The position numbers and the translations under genes were made by a program. Shown piece after piece: positions 19,904 to 29,795 of a DNA stretch of 45,917 nucleotides. The notes below the pieces were generated by a model. It was not told where the DNA came from and searched no databases. It saw nothing but the letters and a program-made list of their open reading frames with translations. The first letter of the stretch is position 1, and each line of letters starts with the position of its first letter. The DNA comes from an uncultured Arcobacteraceae bacterium (lineage in GTDB: Bacteria > Campylobacterota > Campylobacteria > Campylobacterales > Arcobacteraceae). The stretch lies in the NCBI GenBank assembly GCA_964564065.1, contig CAZLZQ010000002.1, forward strand, positions 1 through 45,917. The letters are read 5' to 3'.

Positions 19904-19938
19904 TCGTTCATCTTCTATTCATAATTATTGGTTATATT
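19904..19938 (+). promoter_or_regulatory. second TTCAT-N6-TTCAT box plus -10 TATATT upstream of the membrane MCP
   Basis: TTCAT at 19907-11 and 19918-22, 10-nt spacer, TATATT 19933-38; same geometry as 18039-18073. Confidence 0.7.
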
Positions 19939-19969
19939 ATGTAAAAAATGAATAGATCTAAGGAAATAC

Positions 19970-21904
19970 ATGAAAATTAAAAATATTAAAATCACTACAA
20001 AAATCATAGTTGCATTAACTTTTATAATACTTAACACACTTATTATATCTCTAACTTCATCTAATGGATTAAATTCAATTGGTGAAGAGATCGAGCAGAT
20101 TACTAAATATCAAATACCTCTTAGTAAAGTTATCACCGAATTAGAAAAAGATATTTTAGAGGAAGAGATACTTACATATGAACTTATTATTGCATCTAAA
20201 GATATACATAGTAATGATTTTTTACAAATGGAGACAAAAATAACTACATTTGAAAGAAAAACATCTCAAAAAATAAATGAGTGTGAATCAGTAGCTTCTA
20301 AAGCACTTAATGATATTTCTGAGCAATCAAAAAAAGATCAATACAAATCATTTTTAATAACTTGTAAAAGCTTAGACAGTTTACAAAATAAATTTAAAAA
20401 AAGTTTAAAAGAGTTTAAAAATGATTTAGAGAATAATAACATAGAAAATATTGAACACAAAAAAGAATCACTTCATAAAGAGCTTTCAAATATGGATACA
20501 AGTATTACAAACTTGGAACATAAAATTGCAAATTTATTAGAAAAGTCAACTATCAATGCAAAAAATGATGAACATAGCACATTAAAAACTATTCAAATAG
20601 TTTCAATTTTAGTTTTAATTGTAGGAATTATTATAGGTTCATCTTTAGTTAGAAATATAAAAATAGCACTTAACACTCTACATAAAGGAGTTAAAAACTT
20701 ATTGACTACAAAGAATGTAAGCTCTAGAGTAGATGTAAATAGTAACGATGAAATTGGTATAATATCAATAGACTTTAATAAATATCTTCAATCTATAGAA
20801 GATACTATACATGAAGATGATGAACTTATCTCTGAGGCAAAGATAGTTATGGATAGAGTAGCTCATGGCTGGTATTCTCAAAATATCACAAAATCTACAA
20901 ATAATAAATCTTTAAATGATTTTAAAGATAATGTAAACGAGATGATACAAGCTACAAAAAACAACTTTAATATTATGAATACTAGACTAGAAGAGTACTC
21001 AAGCTATAACTATACAAATAAATTAGAGATGCCAAATATTGAAAAAGGTGGAGTATTTGATCTTTTAGCTACAGATATAAATAAACTAAGAGATGCTATA
21101 AATGGTATGTTAGTTGAAAATAAGCAAAATGGGCTAACTCTTGATGCTAGTAGTGATGTATTACTTGAAAATGTTGCAAAGTTAAATAATAACTCAAATG
21201 AAGCAGCATCTGCACTAGAGGAAACATCAGCAGCACTAGAAGAGATAACTTCTAATATATCTAACAATACTCAAAATATTATAAAAATGGCTGGATTTGC
21301 TACATCTTTAACAGTATCATCAAATGAAGGTAAAGTACTAGCAGAGCAAACTACAGTTGCTATGAATGAAATTGATGAAGAGGTAAATGCTATAAATGAT
21401 GCAATTTCAGTTATAGATCAAATCTCATTTCAAACAAATATTTTAAGTCTAAATGCTGCAGTTGAAGCAGCAACTGCTGGTGAAGCTGGAAAAGGTTTTG
21501 CAGTAGTAGCACAAGAGGTTAGAAATCTTGCATCGAGATCAGCTGAAGCAGCTAATGAGATAAAAGCTATTGTTCAAAATGCTACAGATAAAGCAAATGA
21601 GGGAAAAGCTATATCTGATAAAATGATACTAGGATATGGTGAACTAAATCAACATATCAAAAATACTATAGATCTTATGTCAAATGTTGAAAATGCTAGT
21701 AAAGAGCAACTTCAAGGGATAGAGCAGATTAATGATGCTGTTAACTCTTTAGATCAACAAACTCAACAAAATGCAATGATTGCATCACAAACACATAATG
21801 TAGCAGTTCAAACTGATACAATAGCAAAACTTGTAGTATCAAATGCCGATGAAAAAGAATTTATTGGAAAAGATAAAGTTAAAGCAGAAAAAGTAACTCT
21901 ATAA
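19970..21904 (+). CDS. transmembrane methyl-accepting chemotaxis protein
   Basis: TM1, ~180-aa helical periplasmic domain, TM2, HAMP (NDEIGII), MCP signalling tip; AAGGA RBS. Confidence 0.94.
   Translation: MKIKNIKITTKIIVALTFIILNTLIISLTSSNGLNSIGEEIEQITKYQIPLSKVITELEKDILEEEILTYELIIASKDIHSNDFLQMETKITTFERKTSQKINECESVASKALNDISEQSKKDQYKSFLITCKSLDSLQNKFKKSLKEFKNDLENNNIENIEHKKESLHKELSNMDTSITNLEHKIANLLEKSTINAKNDEHSTLKTIQIVSILVLIVGIIIGSSLVRNIKIALNTLHKGVKNLLTTKNVSSRVDVNSNDEIGIISIDFNKYLQSIEDTIHEDDELISEAKIVMDRVAHGWYSQNITKSTNNKSLNDFKDNVNEMIQATKNNFNIMNTRLEEYSSYNYTNKLEMPNIEKGGVFDLLATDINKLRDAINGMLVENKQNGLTLDASSDVLLENVAKLNNNSNEAASALEETSAALEEITSNISNNTQNIIKMAGFATSLTVSSNEGKVLAEQTTVAMNEIDEEVNAINDAISVIDQISFQTNILSLNAAVEAATAGEAGKGFAVVAQEVRNLASRSAEAANEIKAIVQNATDKANEGKAISDKMILGYGELNQHIKNTIDLMSNVENASKEQLQGIEQINDAVNSLDQQTQQNAMIASQTHNVAVQTDTIAKLVVSNADEKEFIGKDKVKAEKVTL
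21413..21525 (+). repeat. 113-bp near-identical repeat, copy 2 (MCP signalling tip)
   Basis: Matches 17193-17305 with 5 mismatches. Confidence 0.85.
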
Positions 21905-21908
21905 AAGA

Positions 21909-21942
21909 TAAAAAGAATTAATTTATAAATTAATTCTTTTTA
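21909..21942. terminator. perfect 34-bp palindrome, probable bidirectional terminator
   Basis: TAAAAAGAATTAATTT-AT-AAATTAATTCTTTTTA between convergent MCP and trmA, covering the trmA stop. Confidence 0.65.
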
Positions 21943-23051
21943 GTTAAAACTACACCAGATTCAATATGATTAGAATAAGCAAACTGATCAAAAAGAGCAA
22001 AATGCTCTATAGTATGAGTTTGAGTCAAAATATCTAAATCTCTTTTTAAAGTCTCTGGATTACAAGATATATAAATAATCTGATCAAACTCTTGAGATAG
22101 TTTAGTCGTAGTTTCATCTAATCCTGCACGAGGAGGATCTAAGAAAATAGAACTAAATTTATAAGAATCAAGATCTACATCTTTTAATCTTGTAAATTTT
22201 CTCACTTTATTTCTAGCTTCTACAAACTCTTCACTACTCATTCTTATAAACTCTATATTTGATATATTATTTAACTCACAATTTAACTTTGCAGATTTTA
22301 TAGATGTTTTACTTATTTCAGTAGCTAAAACTTTATCAAACTGTTTAGATAATGGTATAGTAAAGTTACCTCCACCACAATAAAGCTCACAGAGGTCACC
22401 ACCACAGCTAATATTTGATAAAACCCACTCAATCATCTTTTCATTTACTTTTTGATTTGGTTGTGTAAAACCACCCTCTTTATATTGAAATTTATAAGTC
22501 TCATCAAGTATAGTAAGCTTCTCTTCAATAAAATCAACACTTGTGATAATCTTTTGCTTTCTACTTCTACCTATAACTTTAATACCTAAATCTTTTTCTA
22601 ATTCGAGAGCTAACTCTTTCCAATTATCCTCAAGTTTTCTATGGTAAATTAAAGTTACTAACATATCATCTATTGTAGAACCTAAAAACTCTATAGAAAA
22701 TAGTTTAAAATTTAAATCCTTCTTCTTCGATAAATAGTCAAGAAGTTTTGGCATAAGTATAGATATACTATTACTAACTATACTACAAGATTCTATAGGT
22801 AATATTTTTTTAGATATATCATTCATTGCATAATTTAAAGTAAAACTATCATCTTCATTAAAAGTTTTCCATACTCTAAACTCTGATCTATTTCTAAACT
22901 TTCCATCATCACTTTTTATAATATCAATCTTATTATTCCATAATGTTTTAAATCTATCTTTTTCTATCTCTATCTTTTTATTTAATTGTTCATCATAAGT
23001 TAAACCACCAAGGTTACAACTTCCACATATGCCAAAATATTCACACTGCAT
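21930..23051 (-). CDS. trmA: tRNA/tmRNA (uracil-C5)-methyltransferase
   Basis: FRNRSEF, TLIYHRKL, GRSRKQK, FTQPN, ELYCGGGNFT, LDPPRAGLD, YISCNPETL, LFDQF. Confidence 0.93.
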   Translation of the reverse strand: MQCEYFGICGSCNLGGLTYDEQLNKKIEIEKDRFKTLWNNKIDIIKSDDGKFRNRSEFRVWKTFNEDDSFTLNYAMNDISKKILPIESCSIVSNSISILMPKLLDYLSKKKDLNFKLFSIEFLGSTIDDMLVTLIYHRKLEDNWKELALELEKDLGIKVIGRSRKQKIITSVDFIEEKLTILDETYKFQYKEGGFTQPNQKVNEKMIEWVLSNISCGGDLCELYCGGGNFTIPLSKQFDKVLATEISKTSIKSAKLNCELNNISNIEFIRMSSEEFVEARNKVRKFTRLKDVDLDSYKFSSIFLDPPRAGLDETTTKLSQEFDQIIYISCNPETLKRDLDILTQTHTIEHFALFDQFAYSNHIESGVVLTKKN

Positions 23052-23084
23052 CTTTTATCCTATACTTTAAATTCATTTTTTATA

Positions 23085-24413
23085 CTAAAGCTTAACTTTA
23101 ACACAATTTCTACCACTATTTTTTGCTTCATATAAAGCATCATCAGCTCGTTGAACTGCCACTTCTAAACAATCACCAATTTTGACTTCTGTTATACCAA
23201 AACTAGCTGTAATTTTCAATCCATTATTCATATCATACGATGAGATATTTTCTCTTATCTTATTTGCTAACTTTTCACTATTTTCTAAAGATGCTGTTGG
23301 TAAAAGAACAACAAACTCTTCTCCACCCCATCTACTTATCACATCAACATTTCTAAAATGTTTAAGTAAAATATTTGAAGTTTGAAGCAGAACTTTATCT
23401 CCTACATTATGTCCATATTTATCATTTACACTTTTAAAAAAATCAATATCAATCATCATAATTGACATATTATTATCTCGTTGTTCCATAGTATGATATT
23501 CTGAATTAAATAATTCTGTAAATTTATATCTATTATATAAACCTGTAAGCTGATCTGTTGATGCCATTTTCTCATATCTTTTTGTTTTTTTCTCTAGCAA
23601 ACTATTTATCTCTGATAATTCAGATGAATACTCTCTCATAAGAACTGACCACTTACTATAAGATAACGATATAAGCTCACGCTGCAAGATCAAACCTGTC
23701 AATACATTTTTTGAGTTTGTTACAACAATTCTTTTAAAATGCTTCTCTTTCATAAAATTTATTGCTTCTTTTATGCTTGAATTTTCATCTATTGTTTCAA
23801 TGGGAGAAGACATATAATTTGAAATAGGAAGTGTTAAATCAAATGAATTTTTAATCAACTCCATAACATCTTTTGTTGTCAAAATTCCAACTGGTAATTC
23901 ATCTTTTGTGATAACAACACAGTCATATTTATTTTCAGCCATATGCTCTAATACTTCTGCTGCCATAGTTTCTTGTGATGTTTTTTGAATATGTTTATTC
24001 ATATTCATTAGATCACCAATTCTGTAGTTTTCCATAAGTGTTTCAGGATCAATATGACTAATAATATCAGTATGAGTTAATATCCCATATAAACTTCCAT
24101 CACTATTAGTTGCACAAATATACTCTAACGAATGTTCAAAAAACTCAATAGTATCAAGTATATTTTCCTCTTTATTTATAGTCGGTATTTTTTCTAATTT
24201 AATAGTATTTAATTTTTTACTAAAATCATACTCTTTTAACTTTAACTGTAAAAGATCACCAGCAGTTAAGATATAAAAATTATTTTTATCTACAACTATT
24301 ACATTTCTATGGTTATGTTTATACATCAACTCTATAGCTTCACTCAAAGTTGAATTAAAATCGACACTAACCACCGTTGTAGTTGCCAACTCTTTTATTA
24401 TTGGAAATTTCAT
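23085..24413 (-). CDS. CBS-domain diguanylate cyclase
   Basis: Two CBS pairs; DQLTGLYNR, DIDFFKSVND, RNVD I-site, RWGGEEF, ADDALYEAK. Confidence 0.93.
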   Translation of the reverse strand: MKFPIIKELATTTVVSVDFNSTLSEAIELMYKHNHRNVIVVDKNNFYILTAGDLLQLKLKEYDFSKKLNTIKLEKIPTINKEENILDTIEFFEHSLEYICATNSDGSLYGILTHTDIISHIDPETLMENYRIGDLMNMNKHIQKTSQETMAAEVLEHMAENKYDCVVITKDELPVGILTTKDVMELIKNSFDLTLPISNYMSSPIETIDENSSIKEAINFMKEKHFKRIVVTNSKNVLTGLILQRELISLSYSKWSVLMREYSSELSEINSLLEKKTKRYEKMASTDQLTGLYNRYKFTELFNSEYHTMEQRDNNMSIMMIDIDFFKSVNDKYGHNVGDKVLLQTSNILLKHFRNVDVISRWGGEEFVVLLPTASLENSEKLANKIRENISSYDMNNGLKITASFGITEVKIGDCLEVAVQRADDALYEAKNSGRNCVKVKL

Positions 24414-24479
24414 TTATACCTCATTTGGTTATCATATGCTTTAATTATACTATTTTTTTATATAAGAATTACTTTTAAT

Positions 24480-25703
24480 TTACTTTTTCTCTCTTAGCTT
24501 GTCTTTTTTACTTTTTCTCTTACCTTTAACTGGAGCTTTACCCTTAACTTTTATTATTGGATCTCCTATTAATTCAAATCCTTCAATTTGCTCTTTTTCT
24601 ATATTTAGATTACACCTTTTTTGAATAAGATTAAAGTGTTCTTGATGCTCATGATCTATAAAAGATATTGCAATCCCTTCTTTACCTGCACGACCCGTTC
24701 TTCCAATTCTATGAATATAATCATCAGCTCCTCGAGGTAAATCAAAATTTATCACACAAGATATATCATCAATATCAAGTCCCCTACTAGCAATATCAGT
24801 AGAAAAAAGTATTTTTATCTTTTCTTTTTTAAACTCATCTAGGGTATAGTTTCTATCCTCTTGATCTAAATCTCCATGAAATGATTCAGCAAGAAATCCA
24901 TTCTTTCTAAACTTTGTAGCTATATTATCAGTAGCTCTTTTATTTGCCATAAAAACTAAAACTTTATTCCACTTATTTTTTCTAATTAACTCTCGCAATA
25001 GTTGGCTTCTATTTTCTTTATTTACTTCTATTGCTCTTTGTGTGATATTTTCTACAGTTTGATTTTCTTCTTTAATGGTAACTTTAATAGCTTTTTTAGT
25101 TATTCTAGATGCTATTGAAAGCATTTTAGAAGGATATGTTGCAGAAAACAATAAGTTTTGTCTATTTTTTGGTAATATTTTAAGAATTGCATCTAGCTCT
25201 TCACTAAATCCAAGATCAAGCATTTTATCCGCTTCATCAAGTATAAAATATTCAAGATTTGATAAATCAATCTGCTTTTTATTGATAATATCCAAAAGTC
25301 TTCCCGAAGTAGCCACTACTATATCACAACCTTTTTGTATAGTTAAAAGTTGTTTACCTATATCTTCACCACCAATTATATTTACAACCTTAGGAGGGTA
25401 TGGTAAAAATTCACTAAATTGTTTAAATATATTTGCAACTTGAATAGTCAATTCTCGTGTAGGAGTTAAAACTAATACTTTAATTCTTCTTTTTTTCTCT
25501 ACTTTATTTTCCATCCAGTTATTTAAAATAGGCAATACAAAACTAGCAGTTTTTCCACTACCTGTTTGTGCTTTTGCCATAATATCACTACCATTTAATA
25601 CCAAAGGTATCACACTATTTTGTATAGGAGTTGGTTTCTTATAATCATTATTTTTCAATGATTTTAAAATATGTTTAGATAAGTTATACTCTTCAAAAGG
25701 CAT
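24480..25703 (-). CDS. DEAD-box RNA helicase (RhlE/DbpA-like)
   Basis: PTPIQ, AQTGSGKT, PTREL, DEAD, SAT, RGLD, HRIGRTGR; basic C-terminal tail. Confidence 0.95.
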   Translation of the reverse strand: MPFEEYNLSKHILKSLKNNDYKKPTPIQNSVIPLVLNGSDIMAKAQTGSGKTASFVLPILNNWMENKVEKKRRIKVLVLTPTRELTIQVANIFKQFSEFLPYPPKVVNIIGGEDIGKQLLTIQKGCDIVVATSGRLLDIINKKQIDLSNLEYFILDEADKMLDLGFSEELDAILKILPKNRQNLLFSATYPSKMLSIASRITKKAIKVTIKEENQTVENITQRAIEVNKENRSQLLRELIRKNKWNKVLVFMANKRATDNIATKFRKNGFLAESFHGDLDQEDRNYTLDEFKKEKIKILFSTDIASRGLDIDDISCVINFDLPRGADDYIHRIGRTGRAGKEGIAISFIDHEHQEHFNLIQKRCNLNIEKEQIEGFELIGDPIIKVKGKAPVKGKRKSKKDKLREKK

Positions 25704-25704
25704 C

Positions 25705-27555
25705 TTATAATTCCTCTAGTTTTATATCATATTGTTCTATTATCTCATCAAGTTTTGTTTGCTTCTCTTCAAGTAATTCAAACATCTCCTCAATATCTTT
25801 TTCTAAAGTGGTTACTATTCTTGATATATCCATAATTTTACTATTATCCCCTGCATTTGAAGCATCTATTAGCTCTTTATGGTGACCTTCTAGCTGATCT
25901 TCAAGTTCCATTATTTTATTTTCAAGTTTCTCCACCTCTTTCTTTAAAGGAGATGTTAACTTATTTCTTTCTTGGATTATAGATTTTCTTAATTTTGAAT
26001 TCTCTTTTTTATTCTTATTTTCCGTAGGAGTTACTTTTACTTTTTTTTCAACTTCATTCTGATGATTAGTATCTTCTTCCCAACCAATCTTTTCTAAAAA
26101 GTCATCATAGTTACCATCAAAATAATCTGCCCCATCTTTAGCAAATATAATCAATCTATCACAAACTGCACGAAGTAACGCTTCACTATGTGTTACGATG
26201 ATACAAGAGCCATTAAAGTTTTTAATTGCATTTGTTAAAGCTTCAATAGAGTCCATATCAAGATGATTTGTTGGCTCATCTAAAAATAAAAGATTTACAT
26301 CTTTTGCCAATATTTTACCAAGCATCACACGACTTTTTTCACCACCACTTAGAAGTGAAACTTTCTTTTTAGCATTATCATCACTAAACATCATATTTCC
26401 ACAAATATTTCTAACGGTTGATTCTGCTAATTTACTATTTCCTAAATATACCTCATCCATAACTGTATTTTTAGGATTTAGATGAGAGATATTTGTTTGT
26501 CCAAAATGCCCAAATGATGTAGATGTATGAAAATCTACTGTTCCACTTAACTGTTTTAGTTCACCCGCAATTGTATTTAAAAGTGTAGATTTCCCTTTAC
26601 CATTTTTTCCAATAATTCCTAAAACTTCACCTTTTTTAAGAGTAAAAGATATATCTTTAAAAAGTATATTATCCTCTTTATATCCAAAAGATAACTCTTT
26701 TACATCAAGTAAAACTTTTGCAGGTGTATCTTTAAAGTTAAAATCAAAACTTAGATTATTATCAAAACCTAAATCATCCAAAATATCCATTTTTTCCAAC
26801 TGTTTCACTTTTGACTGTGCTTGTGCAGAGGTAGATGCTCTTGCTTTATTTTTAGCTATAAATTCCTCTAACTCTTTTACCTTTTTATCCTGACTTATTT
26901 TCATCTTTGCATGAAGTTCATCATTACTTTTTAATTGTGCATAAAACTTATGAGTATCACCTTTTATAATCTCTAAAGATTTACGAACCAATCCCATAGT
27001 ATGGGTACAAACACTATCCATGAAATCTCTATCATGAGTGATAAGTATAACTTCCCCGTCAAATGAGCATAAAAATTGTTTCAACCATCTAAGAGATAAA
27101 ATATCAAGATAATTTGTAGGCTCGTCTAGTAAAAGTAGATTTGGTTCGGTTAATAATAATTTTGCTAAATTTATTCTAATTTGGTATCCACCTGAAAAAG
27201 AGTTTGGAGACTTATCTAAATCATCTTGAACAAATCCAAGACCAAAAAGTATCTTTTCAACTTTATAAATACTAAATTTATCATCTTCACTTAGTGCCAA
27301 TGCTGTTTCTTCCACTAAAGTTGGTTCATTAAACTCTAAATGTTGTTTAAGGGTACCTATTTTATAATTTTTTGGAATAAGAATTTCACCATCATCACAA
27401 TGCTCTTCATCTAAAATAAGTTTGAATAATGTAGATTTTCCACTACCATTTTTACCAACTAAACCAACTCTATTACCACTATTTAATCTAAAATTTAAAT
27501 TTGAAAAAAGCTCCTGCTTTGCAAAACTCTTTGATATATTTGAAAGTTGTATCAA
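25705..27555 (-). CDS. ABC-F family translation factor ATPase (YheS/YdiF-like)
   Basis: Two ABC domains (GKNGSGKST, FSGG, LDEPTNYLD; GKNGKGKST, LSGGE, LDEPTNHLD), no TM, C-terminal coiled coil; TTG start. Confidence 0.93.
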   Translation of the reverse strand: MIQLSNISKSFAKQELFSNLNFRLNSGNRVGLVGKNGSGKSTLFKLILDEEHCDDGEILIPKNYKIGTLKQHLEFNEPTLVEETALALSEDDKFSIYKVEKILFGLGFVQDDLDKSPNSFSGGYQIRINLAKLLLTEPNLLLLDEPTNYLDILSLRWLKQFLCSFDGEVILITHDRDFMDSVCTHTMGLVRKSLEIIKGDTHKFYAQLKSNDELHAKMKISQDKKVKELEEFIAKNKARASTSAQAQSKVKQLEKMDILDDLGFDNNLSFDFNFKDTPAKVLLDVKELSFGYKEDNILFKDISFTLKKGEVLGIIGKNGKGKSTLLNTIAGELKQLSGTVDFHTSTSFGHFGQTNISHLNPKNTVMDEVYLGNSKLAESTVRNICGNMMFSDDNAKKKVSLLSGGEKSRVMLGKILAKDVNLLFLDEPTNHLDMDSIEALTNAIKNFNGSCIIVTHSEALLRAVCDRLIIFAKDGADYFDGNYDDFLEKIGWEEDTNHQNEVEKKVKVTPTENKNKKENSKLRKSIIQERNKLTSPLKKEVEKLENKIMELEDQLEGHHKELIDASNAGDNSKIMDISRIVTTLEKDIEEMFELLEEKQTKLDEIIEQYDIKLEEL

Positions 27556-27755
27556 TATGTATTCCTATCTCTTCATTTATTATTACTATAACAATAGCAT
27601 ATATAATATATAGAACAAATAATATTGACTATGATATAAATAGTTATTTCTAGGATTTTATATATTAAGTTAAGAATATAATTTAAATTAAAATTAATAC
27701 TAATTCCCAAAAAAAATAGTATAATTCAATATTATTATATTTATAATGAAGGATT

Positions 27756-29072
27756 ATGATGTTTAAAAAAATAATGCCCCTTAATGCAATTATCTCAATT
27801 AGAATGCTTGGACTATTTATTGTTCTACCGGTATTATCTGTATATGCTTTAGATATGCCAAATTCAAGTCATACTATGGTTGGAATTATAATAGGTGGTT
27901 ATGCTATAACTCAAATGATATTTCAAGTACCATTTGGAATGATAAGTGATAAAATAGGTAGAAAAAAAACTATTATATTTGGTCTTATCATTTTTGCATT
28001 TGGTTCTTTTATAGCGGGAGCTGCTGATAATATTTATACTCTTTTAATTGGTAGACTTCTTCAAGGTGCAGGAGCTATTGGATCTGTAATAACTGCAACA
28101 ATTAGTGATATAGTAAAAGAGGAGGAGAGAAGTAAAGCAATGGCAATAATGGGTGCAAGTGTTGGTACCTCTTTTGCACTTTCTATGGTTGCTGGCCCTG
28201 CAATAGCATCAAAATTTGGTGTTGATATACTATTTTTCTTTGTATCATTTTTAGCACTATTTTCTATATTTATACTTATAAAATTTGTTCCAGATCCACC
28301 AAAGATAAAACATACATATTTAGATGATGATAAATTTAATATGTTTAAAAATAAAAATCTTATGAAAATGAACTTTACAAATATGATAGTAAAGGGACTT
28401 ATGACATTTGCTTTTATGATTATTCCAATTGTTTTAACTAAAACATATGGCTGGGAGATGAATGAACTTTATAAAATTTATCTTCCTGCAATGATTGTAG
28501 GACTTATTACTATGGGACCAGCTGCTATGTTAGCTGAAAAAAAAGGTAAATTTAAATTAATTTTACTTTTAGGAATATTATTTTTAGCCATATCATATTT
28601 TGTTATAGGTATCAGCTCTACATACATGATGTTCTCAATTGGTGTAGTTTTATTTTTTGTAGGATTTAATCTTCAAGAACCTATTATGCAATCACTAGCT
28701 AGTAAATATGCAAAAATACATCAAAGAGGAACTGTATTAGGTATATTTAATAGTTTTGGTTATTTTGGTACATTTGTAGGTGGTTTTATAGGAGGGATGT
28801 TATTGGATATCACAACACTATCAACTATATCATATGGGATTATAGCTATTTGTATAATTTGGGCTATTCTTATTTTCACTTTAGAAAATCCAGCTCTTAC
28901 AAAATTAGCATATATACATATAAATGATACTGACCACACAAAACATCAAGACTTACATAATATTCATGGGTGCAAGGAATGGTATATAAATGATACTGAA
29001 AATTTAGTAGTAGTTAAATATGATGCAAAAGTTATAGATGAAGAAAGTATAAGAAAGATGTTACGTAGATGA
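27756..29072 (+). CDS. MFS transporter (YajR-like)
   Basis: RMLGLFIVLPVL, motif A GMISDKIGRKK, GRLLQGAGAIG, ~12 TM, soluble C-terminal extension. Confidence 0.9.
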   Translation: MMFKKIMPLNAIISIRMLGLFIVLPVLSVYALDMPNSSHTMVGIIIGGYAITQMIFQVPFGMISDKIGRKKTIIFGLIIFAFGSFIAGAADNIYTLLIGRLLQGAGAIGSVITATISDIVKEEERSKAMAIMGASVGTSFALSMVAGPAIASKFGVDILFFFVSFLALFSIFILIKFVPDPPKIKHTYLDDDKFNMFKNKNLMKMNFTNMIVKGLMTFAFMIIPIVLTKTYGWEMNELYKIYLPAMIVGLITMGPAAMLAEKKGKFKLILLLGILFLAISYFVIGISSTYMMFSIGVVLFFVGFNLQEPIMQSLASKYAKIHQRGTVLGIFNSFGYFGTFVGGFIGGMLLDITTLSTISYGIIAICIIWAILIFTLENPALTKLAYIHINDTDHTKHQDLHNIHGCKEWYINDTENLVVVKYDAKVIDEESIRKMLRR

Positions 29073-29788
29073 AAATAATTATTATTAATATAATATCTTT
29101 AATTACATTGCTTCTACTTAGTGGATGTAATGATACAAAAGAAAATAGCACATCAAAGATGGTAAAAGTTAATCTAGATGGGAAAGCACTACTAAAAGCT
29201 AAATGCTCAAAATGTCACAATATAGATTTTCCACCTTTAAATTTTGATAACGAAATAGCACCAGCTATGATGACAATATCATTTCATTTTAATGATTGGT
29301 TTAAAGCACCAGATAGTTCAACAAAACTTCAAAAACAATTGGATTTTATTTCTGACTATATTATTCATCCTACACTTGAAAAATCTTTTTGTGATAAAAC
29401 TATGTTAAAAAAATTTGGACTTATGCCTTCTCAAAAAGGAAATGTAACAGAAGATGAAATTAGAGCAATTGGTACTTATGTATTTACTACATATCTACCT
29501 AAAGAACTTGCTAAAAAACAAGCGGCAATTTCAAAGTTTAATGCATTACCTAAAGGGGAACAACTTACTATTAAATACCGTTGTAATGGTTGTCATAGAA
29601 TAAATCAAAAAGTTGTTGGCCCATCATTTAAAGCAATTTCTAAAAAGTATCAAAACAATCCTCAAGAGATTGTAAATAGTATTCAAAATGGTAGTAAAGG
29701 AAAATGGAATGGTGCAAGTATGCCACCTATTCATAATATATTAGATAATGATCTTTTAACTATTCAAAAATGGATTATTGGGTTATAA
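29069..29788 (+). CDS. diheme c-type cytochrome lipoprotein
   Basis: Lipobox LLSGC; CSKCH with distal MP; CNGCH...VGPSF...MPP (c551/552-like). Confidence 0.85.
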   Translation: MKIIIINIISLITLLLLSGCNDTKENSTSKMVKVNLDGKALLKAKCSKCHNIDFPPLNFDNEIAPAMMTISFHFNDWFKAPDSSTKLQKQLDFISDYIIHPTLEKSFCDKTMLKKFGLMPSQKGNVTEDEIRAIGTYVFTTYLPKELAKKQAAISKFNALPKGEQLTIKYRCNGCHRINQKVVGPSFKAISKKYQNNPQEIVNSIQNGSKGKWNGASMPPIHNILDNDLLTIQKWIIGL

Positions 29789-29795
29789 AATATTA

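Noticed and set aside
27556-27755. Leader peptide or attenuator upstream of the ABC-F gene
   Set aside because: Only tiny or start-less AT-rich frames and no stable hairpins; the region is explained as divergent promoters.
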